A DNA stretch of 63,763 nucleotides, the filler included, from Reticulomyxa filosa (Eukaryota; Protista; Foraminifera): assembly GCA_000512085.1 (NCBI GenBank). It is 26 parts of 26 records of this genome, joined end to end, with 100 filler letters (N's around TTAATTAATTAA, not from the genome) between each part and the next. Parts side by side here need not be neighbours in the genome. Positions count along the whole stretch, not along the records: positions 41,319 to 53,225 come from ASPP01020079.1; positions 53,326 to 58,239 come from ASPP01027314.1; positions 58,340 to 59,341 come from ASPP01033972.1; positions 59,442 to 60,774 come from ASPP01047543.1; positions 60,875 to 62,297 come from ASPP01000181.1; positions 62,398 to 63,763 come from ASPP01015633.1; 20 more parts are not named here. One strand, given 5' to 3'. Both the position numbers and the translations under genes were made by a program. Positions 52,808-63,763 of this stretch are shown here, piece by piece. The notes beneath the pieces are model-generated. The model searched no databases. It saw nothing but the letters and a program-made list of their open reading frames with translations, and had not been told where the DNA came from. The stretch's first letter is position 1, and the number at the start of each line of letters is the position of its first letter.

Positions 52808-53137
52808 ATGACAAGTGACAATAAGAAAACAAATCATAACGAAAAGATTGAACAGCTGGATTCTCCCACAGACGAGAAAACTGGAGGGAAGGATTTGCGC
52901 CGACAATATAAGAATGGAACATCGCATACAGTGAGTTATGAAAAGAAGAGGTCATTCAAGAACAAGTTTATATTATTTTATTACAAAACAATGGAAGAGA
53001 TTGCTCACAACATCCACAACTTGTTCGGTGGCAAAACGGTTCTGGGACAAATATCTTGGGACAATTTTCCGGACGGGTTCCCAAATCTGAAAATTAAAGG
53101 CGCATATGACATCCGATGGTCGGAAGTGATTTTTCTG
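52808..53137 (+). CDS. PRS: Ribose-phosphate pyrophosphokinase, class II (PRS3/4-like), first exon
   Basis: 'ILFYYKTMEEIA...LGQISWDNFPDGFPNLKI...DIRWSEVIFL' matches the class II pattern I.W..F.DGFPNL.I...IR...V.FL. Confidence 0.8.
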
Positions 53138-53473
53138 GTAAAAAAAAAAAAGCGAAAGGGGGGATTTTTTTTTTGATAAAAAAGAAAGCTATTACATATA
53201 TACGTATATATGCAATAATCCTTTTNNNNNNNNNNNNNNNNNNNNNNNNNNNNNNNNNNNNNNNNNNNNTTAATTAATTAANNNNNNNNNNNNNNNNNNN
53301 NNNNNNNNNNNNNNNNNNNNNNNNNAAGTAGAATTTGAAAATTTTTCAAAAAATTTTCGAAAAGGTGACGGGGATATAGGATTTTCGATTTTGATAATAT
53401 CAGCTCAAACTTTTTTCATTTCATCATGTTCATCATGATTATTTTTATGATGGTTCCTTTTGGAAATGCACAA

Positions 53474-56400
53474 CTATGCGCAATACGAGTTGAGCATCTG
53501 TGCATTGCCTTTCTGGAGTTGGATGCTTAACATGTTGTATACGTGTGTCTTTGTCTTGTCTAGGTCGGCGTCTTCTTTCTCTGCTATTGTCTGTGCCAGT
53601 CTATCGAAGAATGCTTTTGCCTCGTGGTGCCATCCGCCCGTTGTTTCCGCGATGAGGGGGGTGTACGATTTATTGGATTGTTCGCAGCGAAGACGGTGTT
53701 TCCTTATCTTTACTCTGTAGTATCTTTCAAGCGACCATTTGTCATTGTCAATCAATGTTTGTGTGTGTGGGTAGGTAATGTGTTGGTGCGTTATCCCAAC
53801 GTCGAGGCATTTGGCATCGAATGGATCGTCGAACCACTTGAGGCAAATATCGCCTGGTCGGTGGTGTGAAATATCGTTGGCCCGGACTTCTTTGTCATGT
53901 GGAATGTTCGCTCGCTTTAGTAAGTTTGATATGCAAGCGACAACTCCATCGTGGCGTGAAACGCGGCCTTTTCCAAATTGGCACGACATTGCGTGATTTC
54001 CAAATTTGTCCATTGTTGCGGCGCAGGCTGGGTTCGACTGGCATTTGGTTTTAAATGTTTGCCTCACCCCCAAACGGAACCGCAGAAGCGCACGGAGTTC
54101 GCGGTTATCCAGCAACGTTCGTCGGAATTTGTTGGGAAGCGCGTTGAGGTAGTTTGACGCAAATGGTTTGGAGATGGCTTTGGCGAGGATGCGTTGTTCC
54201 GGTGATCGTTTCTCGTGTAGTTCGTGTTGGATCCTCGTGTTAATCTTCTTTGACAGCTTCGCTTGACTCGGGGCAAACGTCCAATCGGTTATATTGTCAT
54301 GTGGTTTGGTGTTTTTGTTGTAGTGTGTAATAGCGTCCTCGACCTCGCTTTGGGAGGACCAGTCGACGCTTTGGATGTGGGGATGGATTAGCGGTAGTTG
54401 TTGCTCTGCTGCAAGGGCGGAGGTGATGAAGGCGGCGCTGGATTGCGTGTTTGCGGAATTGAGGCCTAAGCCCCCCTTCTTCGTTGGTAGTTGGCACTGA
54501 AGCCACTGACTATTTGTAAGTGGACATGAGAGGATGGATTCGGTGCAGCGCTTGACGTTGTTGTCGAATTGATTGGTCCAGTTGTGGGCGCTCTTCGCAA
54601 AGTTAGTTCTCATGTGATACATTGCTTTTGTTGTGTTGAGTGAGTTTCTTAGCAGCAATAACTTGGTTTGTGCATGTTTAAGGTTGAGTAGATTGTTGAA
54701 TTGGTGATCCCAGTCCCGGAGAACTGTGTCCATCTCGTTTTTTGTGTGTTCGTCATCGCCGATGGGGGCGCCCACGATCGATGTATTGAATGTTTTGTTA
54801 TGCGGAATTTGGATGAGCCTGTCTGGAGGGGGTGTACTATCATCGGCGATCCATTCGCATTTGTCGAGGTTGATCTTTGTGCCGTGTGAATCGGCTGTTG
54901 CAAGTAGCGCCGATACTGCGCGAGAAACGATGCTGGGGTCATCAGCGGCGATGGTTAAATCGTCGTGGTAAGCCGCGTGGTACAGATTTGGAACGGTGGC
55001 AAGCGCAAATTTGAGAGCGTCGGCGAGGATAATCGCAAAGAAGGTCCCGCCCAAAGGATCTCCTTGGTGGACCCCAGACCTGGATGGGATCGTGTGCCCC
55101 GATGGAAGGAAGAGAGGTACGTGTTTTGCATAGCATCCTCTGGCGTATTCGTATAGCTCCGGGATCCTCTTTCGCACCAGGTCCAAGAGCTTTCGTCGTT
55201 TGCAAGAATTGAACGCGTTCTGAAAGTCGATTTTGACAGCTACGCCTTGTTTGTTTCTTTGTATATGTTTGACCACAGCTTTAAATCCATGAAAGAATGT
55301 TTCGATGCCACGTTTGGCATTTACGCCTAATTGGTTAGGCCCAAGAACCGAAGATATTTCTTTGGAATGTCTCTGTAGGAGGATGGCGCCGGCTGACCTC
55401 CTGAACAATGAGCCGATTGCAATTGGTCTTGGTGTATTGTCTGGTTTGGGGATTGCAATTAATCTAGCCCCATAGGCGATCGCCTGGGCCTCTGGGCAAA
55501 CTTTGCCTTCTATTACCATTTGTGCCACCTTGGCCCAATGCACTAATGTATTGGACTCTGCTTGGTATGGCATTAGGTCGATTAGATGCTGGGCGGTGAA
55601 AAGATCGATGCCGCCAGATGAGGTTCTATTTAATTTTTGGATATATTGGATCAATTCTTCTTCAGTGATTTGTTTGTGCAATGGAAGTGGTGGTAGATCT
55701 GGATCTTGGTTTCTCGCAAATGATGCGATGATATCGGATGGTGGTGGTTCATCTGGGTGCTTCTTCTGGAGTGCAGAAATGGTTTGGTCATTGTAAATCA
55801 TGGAAGGAGAAGGTGCCAAGGCCTTGAATGCCTTTGACAATTCTCCGATGGCAGCGTATTGTATACATCTTTTATTTTTTGTGGCTGTATTGGGCTCCGC
55901 TGGTGCTGTATTTTTGTTCGCATCGTATACATTTGCGGAATGTGACAGGAAGTCTTTCCATAATTGGTTAAAATTTTGCTCTCTCCATAATTTGATTCTG
56001 CTCATTATTACTTTGGTTGTTTGATTATGGTGTGCTTTCCCTCTCCTATTAGGTGTCCATAATATTGTTCGAATCAATATCATCCATTTGGCCCAAGATT
56101 CTTTGTTATTGTTTTGTGAAATATCCAGTAATACCCAACTGGCTATTGATGCGAAGTGGCCCCTTGCTGCTTGGGGAATTCTGGCGATGATTCTTGCAGG
56201 ATATATTGCTATTTCCTCTGGCATTGGAAATCTCCATTGCAACGATTGTTCATCTTCGATAGGTCCATTAAAATCGATCTTGATTTCTGTAATTTGTGGT
56301 TGTTGGCGGTTTGCTGCCCTCGAGCACTTGGGGTGCATGCCCTGCACTGCGTAATTGGCTGGTATCGTGATTCGACAATGGAGGCATGATATCCTTTTGT

Positions 56401-58238
56401 ATGTGCTGAAATACGCTGGTGGGATGACGGTGTCCGGATCTCTTGATATATGTTTATTCACGTGTATGTGCAGGCCCACGACTGTTTTGAATGTTGCACC
56501 ACATTCGTTGACTGGACAAGTGTCAGTCCATTGGAGGTCGTCTATTTTTGACTCGACGATTTTTGTGTCCGGGACGGCATCGTAATCAATGTCGAATATG
56601 TCGTCTTTTGCAAAGGTATCGAACACAGCTGCTTCCTTCTCGTCGTCAGGTCCGTATAGGTCTTCTTGGTGCTGTACAATTCTGTTGTTGTAATCCAATG
56701 TATCATCACTGGAGGCATTGTCATCTTGTGTATTGTCGGATTGGTTATGACTGTGGTTTTCTTGGTTGTCGTTGGGTTCCTCGGTTTCCATCTCATTGGG
56801 TTCCTTGGTTTCTGTTTCATTTGGTTCATTGGTTTCCACCACGCCGGAGTCGATAATTCTCGTCACATTGTGTTCATTGGGGTTCAGCCCGTCGGTCTCG
56901 TAGGCTTTCAATTGTTGGATATTGGATTGCATTTGTTGGAAGTTGGTGTCCATTCGCTGGATATTGTGTTCCGATTGCTGGATATTGGATTCCATTTGTT
57001 GGATATTGGGTTCGTGGTATTGTATCGGTGTGGGTACATCTGCGTTTTTGTTCTCCAGTTGGTTTGTATTGAGGGAAGTGGTGGACAAATTTGGTTCATC
57101 GGCTACCCGATTTGTGATTTGCATTGGCAATTGCACTGGTTGTAATGGTGATTGGGTCAATGGTGGGTTTGATGGTATCTCTGCGATTACCTGGGTTCCG
57201 ATGGCTCCAAGGAATGGAAATAATTTGATGCTGTTTACGTTACCGGGTACTATTCCCCCTACGTTGGAATATTGGTGTGGTTGCAATGGTTTTCCGTTTG
57301 TTGGTTCGTTGATCTGGATATCTTGGCTGTCTCGTTGGGCCAGAAATTGGATTGGCTTGTCTGCACACGTGGTTGGTTTTATCCTCGTGGATGATTTTTC
57401 CGTTTCTTGTGTGCCGTTGACTGGATTGTGGTTCCAGGTTCCTTTGCATTCTTGTTCATTGTTGGGATGATTAATCGTCGATTGCTGGTTAGCAGTTTCA
57501 TGGTGTTTTGGGGGTACGGGTACGTCCGCAATTTCGTGCGTTTTGCGGATTTGGTTGCAAGAACTGGCGACCGATCTAAGCGCTATAATTCCCGTACCAG
57601 CATTGTGTTCTAGCGGCGGAGTTACTGGTTTTGGTAATTGGATCAAGGTTTGTGCTGGTGGATTTGTTTCGGTTGTGTGAGTTTCATTGGAAACGGGAAT
57701 GGGGTGCAATTGGATGTTATCCGCCTTGGCCGGTATCGCTTCTTTTGCGACGGGATATTTGTCTGCTTGCAATGTTTTACCACTTTCTGGTACACTTATT
57801 GTGTCTTTATTTGCACTGTTCTCTGTTTTAATTATTTTTGGGTATACGTTTTGTATATACTTTTGTGTTGTGGTGACGTCAGGTTCGTCATCCAAATCGA
57901 TGATTTTTATTGGTTGGATAGGGGACACGAATGACTGATTGGTATCTTGGTTCCTTGGTTTTTGGTGATCATCGTTACTTGAGCGGTCCTCGCTAGATGA
58001 TATGATATCTTCCCTCCCTCTGCCAATTTCTGTCTCCATTTCTGCTGCTTCACTGCTTGCTGTTGAGGTCCAATTTCCTCCAATTACCGATATTTGCTTG
58101 GTTATTTGCTCCAATGGATTGCTCGCTGGGGCATTTCTCGAACGCTGGGGAGCCAGATTTTCTGCGTACGAACGTATCACGTGTTCGTATGCTGCTTCTT
58201 CTACCCGGCGCGAATAAGGGGATAGTTTGTGGAACTCG
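53474..58238 (-). CDS. Retrotransposon polyprotein: C2H2 Zn fingers - reverse transcriptase - CCHC knuckle - PD-(D/E)xK endonuclease
   Basis: 'CPVNECGATFKTVVGLHIHVNKH', 'PKPDNTPRPIAIG', 'KIDFQNAFNS', 'GVHQGDPLG', 'AYHDD', 'KGGLGL', 'CQSNPAC...HAMSC', 'RHD', 'RPGDI', 'LDVGI', 'KIRKH', 'PLIAETTGGW'. The frame stays open upstream of 58180 to the contig end. Confidence 0.95.
56765..57015 (-). repeat. Coding tandem repeats in the retrotransposon N-terminus (21-bp heptads and 24-bp units)
   Basis: EPNIQQM-ESNIQQS-EHNIQRM-DTNFQQM-QSNIQQL, and ETNEPNE-TETKEPNE-METEEPND. Confidence 0.8.
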
Positions 58239-60277
58239 GNNNNNNNNNNNNNNNNNNNNNNNNNNNNNNNNNNNNNNNNNNNNTTAATTAATTAANNNNN
58301 NNNNNNNNNNNNNNNNNNNNNNNNNNNNNNNNNNNNNNNTTGATACAAGTGTTCGTTTCAGCGTTATTGATTTCAAAACGAAACCACTCCCTTCATAAAT
58401 AAAAAGTGAAATATTTAATTGTACGTTTTGTTTTGTGGTGAATTTTTGTATTGAATTCAGCTTACAATTAAAAAAATCAAGTGCAAGTTCAAATCTCAAG
58501 TGTGAAAGCCATATCTAGATCTTTTCCTTCAATCTTCACAAGATCTATTGTCGAAAAGTTTGGGACTTGTTGAAGAAAAAAACATGACAGAAAAAAATTA
58601 AAAAAAATAAAACTAGCCCCTTTTTGGTGAGCCCTTCAATTGCAAAAAAATGTTTTTAACACTGAATTTTGAAAACGGTTACGGAAGAAGAAAAAAATAC
58701 CTTTGTTATGGAGAATATTAATTACACTTAAATATGTGAAATATTACTTATTTGGGCATCATATAGCAGTAATGACTATAAAGCAATAGTACAAAACCAG
58801 GGCCAATTGGCTTCGTTATTATGTGACGACACTGGAAGATGGATGCATATTTGCAATGCTTAATTAACTCTTCCAGGAACAATTTCAATAAAGAAAAGCA
58901 AAGAAATTTTTGTTTTTTGCAAGTGAACTTTTTTTAGTTTGTTTAAAAACTTGCAAAAAAAATAGAAACGTTTTTCTATCCAAGAATTTTCTAATGTTTT
59001 CTAAGGTGTATCCCCGACGTATACAACTTTGATTTGTGCTGTTGCACAAACAACCAAAAGAATGAAACAACAAATGTCTTAAGTTTTGTTGCAATCTTCT
59101 GAGATAACACGGAATACCACATTCTTCAACAACAAAATTATTTTTGATTGCAATTGAAAATATGTCAAAAATTTATCATTTATTCAGTTGAAGTGTTATG
59201 TATGCTAAGATATTTTTTACTCAAAATATATTCGTTTGTTTGTCTTTAAGCCGTAGTTTTGTTAAAATAGTGAAAAATAAATCGTATTACAAACACTTCA
59301 ATATGCTCGCTGTGCAGACAATCAATGACAAATTATCGTCTNNNNNNNNNNNNNNNNNNNNNNNNNNNNNNNNNNNNNNNNNNNNTTAATTAATTAANNN
59401 NNNNNNNNNNNNNNNNNNNNNNNNNNNNNNNNNNNNNNNNNTTTGGTATTTGTGATTGTCCATTCAAGTATTATTGCCCGTGAATGACTGCAATGTGTAT
59501 TTGCGAGTGTTCTTGTTGGAGCTGGAGCAAATTGTGGAGGCAAATCCATCGCCATGCAATGTTGACGGCTAAGTGCCATTGGATGCCAGTATCGGAGAAA
59601 GCAGCGCATCTTTGCACAAATAGAGAATAGACATCACGGCCGACTCGCAATAAAATTGCTAGTCGGTTGCGTTATGTCCATGTCCCTAATTTGCGCCAGC
59701 AGCGCTTCTATCGCCTTAAGGGCATCGAATGAGCAATTGGACAACATCGACGGATTTCCGCTACAACTTGTGCCAGCAATTGCTGGTCGAACAATGTGTC
59801 GAAATTTCCATCTCCGTCTGTCCATATTTCACTTAGTAACGCCACACCATTGCATAATCTTGGCAATCTTTGTTATCGTATGATATACAGAATTTTTTAT
59901 TTGTTTTAAAAAAAAGGAAGAAAAAACAACTTAACATTGCAGACTTGGCCAACACTTGCGACATAACCAGAGAAATTGTGCAAGCAATGATAAACATTTG
60001 GACGACGATACGTTGTGATAGTTGATCTCTGAGTCCGCTCCAGTGTGGTGCCATGAACAGTTGGTCGCGAACAATGTTTCAAATTTCACAATCGTTTCTG
60101 GTTGACACTGTTTGTACATTTCATTCGATGGTGGTGTCATCATCACTTCTACTTCGCCATTCGCAAACGTACTATTTTTTTTTTTTGAAAATTTTTTTTT
60201 AAATCAAATACATCATATATGTAATCCCTTCTCACACTTACTATCTCTTGCTATAAGTAAATATACACTTTTTTTTT

Positions 60278-60330
60278 CATGAACATATTTTTTTTAATGA
60301 ACATATTTTTTTTAATGAACATTTTTTTTT
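60278..60330 (+). repeat. Short intronic tandem repeat (about 3 copies of atgaacatattttttttta)
   Basis: Directly visible in the sequence. Confidence 0.75.
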
Positions 60331-62257
60331 TCCATTTGATCTTTATATCACTGTTATTTACCTGTATGTTTTGAATGTTAATTTGTAAAAATTCCCTGAT
60401 ATAATCGAAGTTGATGGGAACGTACTCACGGACGGTGTTTTGTTATATGGACTCTTAGATTTGATCGGCAATGTGTTTTGTGGAATACGTATACTTTCGC
60501 TATTAGATTGCATTGACTCCTTATTGAATATTTGCAATAATGATACATCTGTCAAGCTGTTGACTTGTGAATATTGCGCAAATCTACATGTTATCAATTC
60601 CACACATAGTTGATTAACGTATTCCATGATGTTTTCAACATGTTTATATTGTAGTGATGATCCAGATGTGTTTGTTCGTTCGTTAAGTTCACCACTGAAT
60701 TGCGTGTATTCATTATTTGCGCTTGACACCACCATGAGCGCATTTAATATATGTATTGCCACAAATATCAACGANNNNNNNNNNNNNNNNNNNNNNNNNN
60801 NNNNNNNNNNNNNNNNNNTTAATTAATTAANNNNNNNNNNNNNNNNNNNNNNNNNNNNNNNNNNNNNNNNNNNNAAGAATAATTAATTAAATAAAAGAAA
60901 AACAAATAACAAGATTCAGCCAAGTGAAAGAGGAAAGACATGAAAGTGAGCAGTGTGTTGTTAGAATAAAGACGTTCCAAAGTTCACTTGGATTTTGCGA
61001 GAATTGCTTATTACGATATATCATTAGTACTATAATTGATACTATAAAATCATTTTATCGTCACGACATTTGCTAGTTATATTTTAAATTTTGTTCGTAC
61101 TGATAAAGTAGTTAATTTTCTAATACTGTATTTTGCTTAACGTGCTCTTTTAATTCACAAAATCATAAAGCAAATGATGTAAAGTTGCATTTAATGAAAG
61201 TGACATATTAATCAATAACAAATCTGATAAAACAGCTCTTTCAAATACTGGTACAAAAGTTTATACAAACTTTATGTTTTGAAACAGAATTAACAATATT
61301 ATTTTTTCGTTATTGTTGCATAATTACAACATTTAATTTGTAGATTTTATTGAAATAATATTTAAAATTGTAGGATGATTGGTCACTTAGATGTAATCTG
61401 AAAGAATTGTTACTGGAATAAGCGTTCAATAAAAACAAAAGTAAATTAAACAGCGCAAGTTTGTGTTGATTCTTTGTTTGTGACAATAACTTCTTTGTCA
61501 AGTGTGATATATCATATTACGATAAGATTGGTTAACTCGAACTGATATTGTTCAATTTCTAAAAAAAATTTACGTGAAGAAATTTTGGTTTTGATGTAAA
61601 AAAGACCGAGTTTTAAAACCATATCAAAGAAAAAAAAAAGGAAAAATACAAAGTTGTTTTGAAAAAAGGCTATTTGTTTTCTGTTTTTTCAAAACTGATA
61701 TGATTTTTCGAGTAAAGGTTGGTTGAAACTAATTGTTAAAAACAACACACCATCAGCCAACAACATACAAATGAAAGCCTCACTATGGACAAAAAAGAAG
61801 AGAAAAAAGAAAAAAATAAGTGCACACAAAATTCTCGAAGTGGACACACAATTGGATATACCTTGTAAAATCTACGATAATTGAAGAGAGTTGCACTGTT
61901 TATGTATGGACGTGGTTACACTACGTCATGCTGTTCAACAATAGTCAACTTTCCAGTGTGCTTGGAAAGAGTATCTTCAATTTGTTTCCAGATTATTTCA
62001 CTTGGATCATTGTGCAAATGAACAGTGAGAGTATTTTGTTGTGCAAAGAAGGATGCCTTACTGCCGATCTCAACCATTAGCGCTTTGAAAATATTGGGAT
62101 TTGTCAGCATCTGTTGCTGATTTTGTTGCAATCGAAACACTTTGAATGTGGGTATCTGTTCCTTTTATTTCCGCATGATCACATATGTACATAAATATTA
62201 CAGAATGTTATTATTTTTGTTTTTTTTTTTTGAGTGTGATGCAAAAGGGGAGAAGAC

Positions 62258-62297
<40 letters not shown>

Positions 62298-62397
62298 NNN
62301 NNNNNNNNNNNNNNNNNNNNNNNNNNNNNNNNNNNNNNNNNTTAATTAATTAANNNNNNNNNNNNNNNNNNNNNNNNNNNNNNNNNNNNNNNNNNNN

Positions 62398-63763
62398 CAC
62401 GACCACCTGGTGCACTACTACCACCTGCACGCGCTGGACTGGGTAGACGTGGTATCGGCGCTGAAAGCCGACCCCAAGAAAACCAGCGAGCTGGCGCAAA
62501 GCATCTCCAGTTGGCCGCTGTCCAGCCCCGGTTACTTCCGCGACCTGCAGTCGCGGCTGAAACGCTTTGTGGAAAGCGGCCAGCTGGGCCCGTTCCGCAA
62601 CGGCTACTGGGGCCACCCGGCGATGAAACTGCCGCCGGAAGCCAACCTGATGGCGGTGGCGCACTACCTGGAAGCGCTGGATTTCCAGAAGGAAATCGTC
62701 AAGATCCACACCATCTTCGGCGGCAAGAACCCGAACCCGAACTGGCTGGTAGGCGGCATGCCATGCGCCATCAACGTGGACGACACCGGCGCGGTGGGCG
62801 CCATCAACATGGAACGGCTGAACCTGGTGAAACAGGTGATCGACCGCACCATCGAGTTTTGCGAGCAAGTGTACGTGCCGGACGTGATCGCCATTGCCGG
62901 CTTCTACCCGGAGTGGTTCAAGATCGGCGGCGGCCTGGCCAGCCAGAGCGTGCTGTCGTACGGCGACTTCCCGGCGCGCGCCAACGACTACAGCGAAGCC
63001 AGCCTGCTGCTGCCGCGTGGCGCCATCATCAACGGCAAGTTCAGCGAGATCCACCCGGTGGACCTGTACGCGCCGGACGAAATCCAGGAATTCGTCACCC
63101 ACAGCTGGTACAGCTACGGCGACGACAAGAAAGGCCTGCACCCGTTTGACGGCCTGACGCAGCCCAAATTCGAGCTGGGGCCGAACCATAAAGGCACCAA
63201 GACACGCATCGAGTCGCTGGACGAGTCGGCCAAGTACTCGTGGATCAAATCGCCGCGCTGGAAAGGCCACGCCATGGAAGTGGGCCCGCTGGCGCGCTAC
63301 CTGATCGGCTACCACCAGAACAAGCCGGAATTCAAAGAGCCGGTAGACGCGCTGCTGAAGCACTTCAACGCACCGCTGGAGGTGATGTTCTCCACCAATG
63401 GCCGCACCGCCGCCCGCGCGCTGGAGTCGGTATGGGCCGCGCGCCAGATGGCCAGCTTCTACGACCAGCTGATCGCCAACATCAAGAACGGTGACACCGC
63501 CACCGCCAACGTCGAAAAATGGGACCCGGCCACCTGGCCCAAATCGGTGAAAGGCGGTGGGCTTTACCGAGGCGCCGCGTGGCGCGCTGGGCCACTGGCT
63601 GAAGATCGACAACACCAAGATCGACAGCTACCAGTGCGTGGTGCCCACCACCTGGAACGCCGGCCCGCGCGACGACAAGGGCCAGATCGGCGCCTACGAA
63701 GCGTCGCTGATGGGCACCAAGATGGCGGTGCCGGACCAGCCGCTGGAGATCCTGCGCACGCTG
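62398..63763 (+). CDS. hyaB: Bacterial membrane-bound [NiFe]-hydrogenase large subunit (group 1, HoxG/HupL/HyaB type), internal fragment; +1 frameshift near 63555
   Basis: The frame from 62398 reads '[26 protein letters not shown]', '[15 protein letters not shown]', '[27 protein letters not shown]', '[21 protein letters not shown]', then '[13 protein letters not shown]' and '[15 protein letters not shown]...EILRTL'. The DNA is GC-rich with no introns. Confidence 0.97.

Larger units (their letters stand above)
53400..58239 (-). mobile_element. Non-LTR retrotransposon, RLE group (CRE-like), 5' truncated by the contig edge
   Basis: A single ORF with Zn fingers, RT and a C-terminal restriction-like endonuclease, followed by a short 3' UTR ending in ATGA-rich repeats and an A-run. 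Confidence 0.92.

Noticed and set aside
1744-62397. Recurrent N-flanked TTAATTAATTAA as a CRISPR array or biological repeat
   Set aside because: It is a synthetic six-frame-stop linker between contigs.
62350-63618. 422-aa minus-strand ORF, and the plus-strand ORFs 62511..63149 and 63240..63494
   Set aside because: Antisense or off-frame shadows of the GC-rich hydrogenase gene.

Overview
This window is not one locus. It contains 26 short draft-assembly fragments joined by 25 artificial 100-bp linkers (N44-TTAATTAATTAA-N44), so adjacency across a linker means nothing. Twenty-five fragments are very AT-rich, intron-containing eukaryotic DNA. Their gene families (WD40, Kelch and TRAF-WD40 expansions with many pseudogenes) suggest a foraminiferan such as Reticulomyxa (inference). 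Recognisable genes are PRP8, COPZ, calcineurin B, VPS53, a PDI-C/ERGIC3-thioredoxin fusion, an SLC12-type transporter, class II PRPP synthetase, a GT61-like glycosyltransferase, a divergent cyclin, an RMND5/GID2-like protein and a tandem-domain globin. Two spliceosomal RNAs are invisible in the ORF track: a U2 snRNA, and a U1-like snRNA whose 5' splice-site-pairing end is the variant ACAUACCUG. Host introns have degenerate donors (about half with +4 T) and often A-rich rather than pyrimidine-rich acceptors. Mobile DNA includes an uninterrupted CRE/R2-type (RLE) non-LTR retrotransposon ORF and a TA-flanked Tc1/mariner-like non-autonomous element with dispersed relatives. The last fragment is high-GC bacterial DNA encoding a group 1 [NiFe]-hydrogenase large subunit. 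Many single-base frameshifts lie in homopolymers and are probably sequencing errors.
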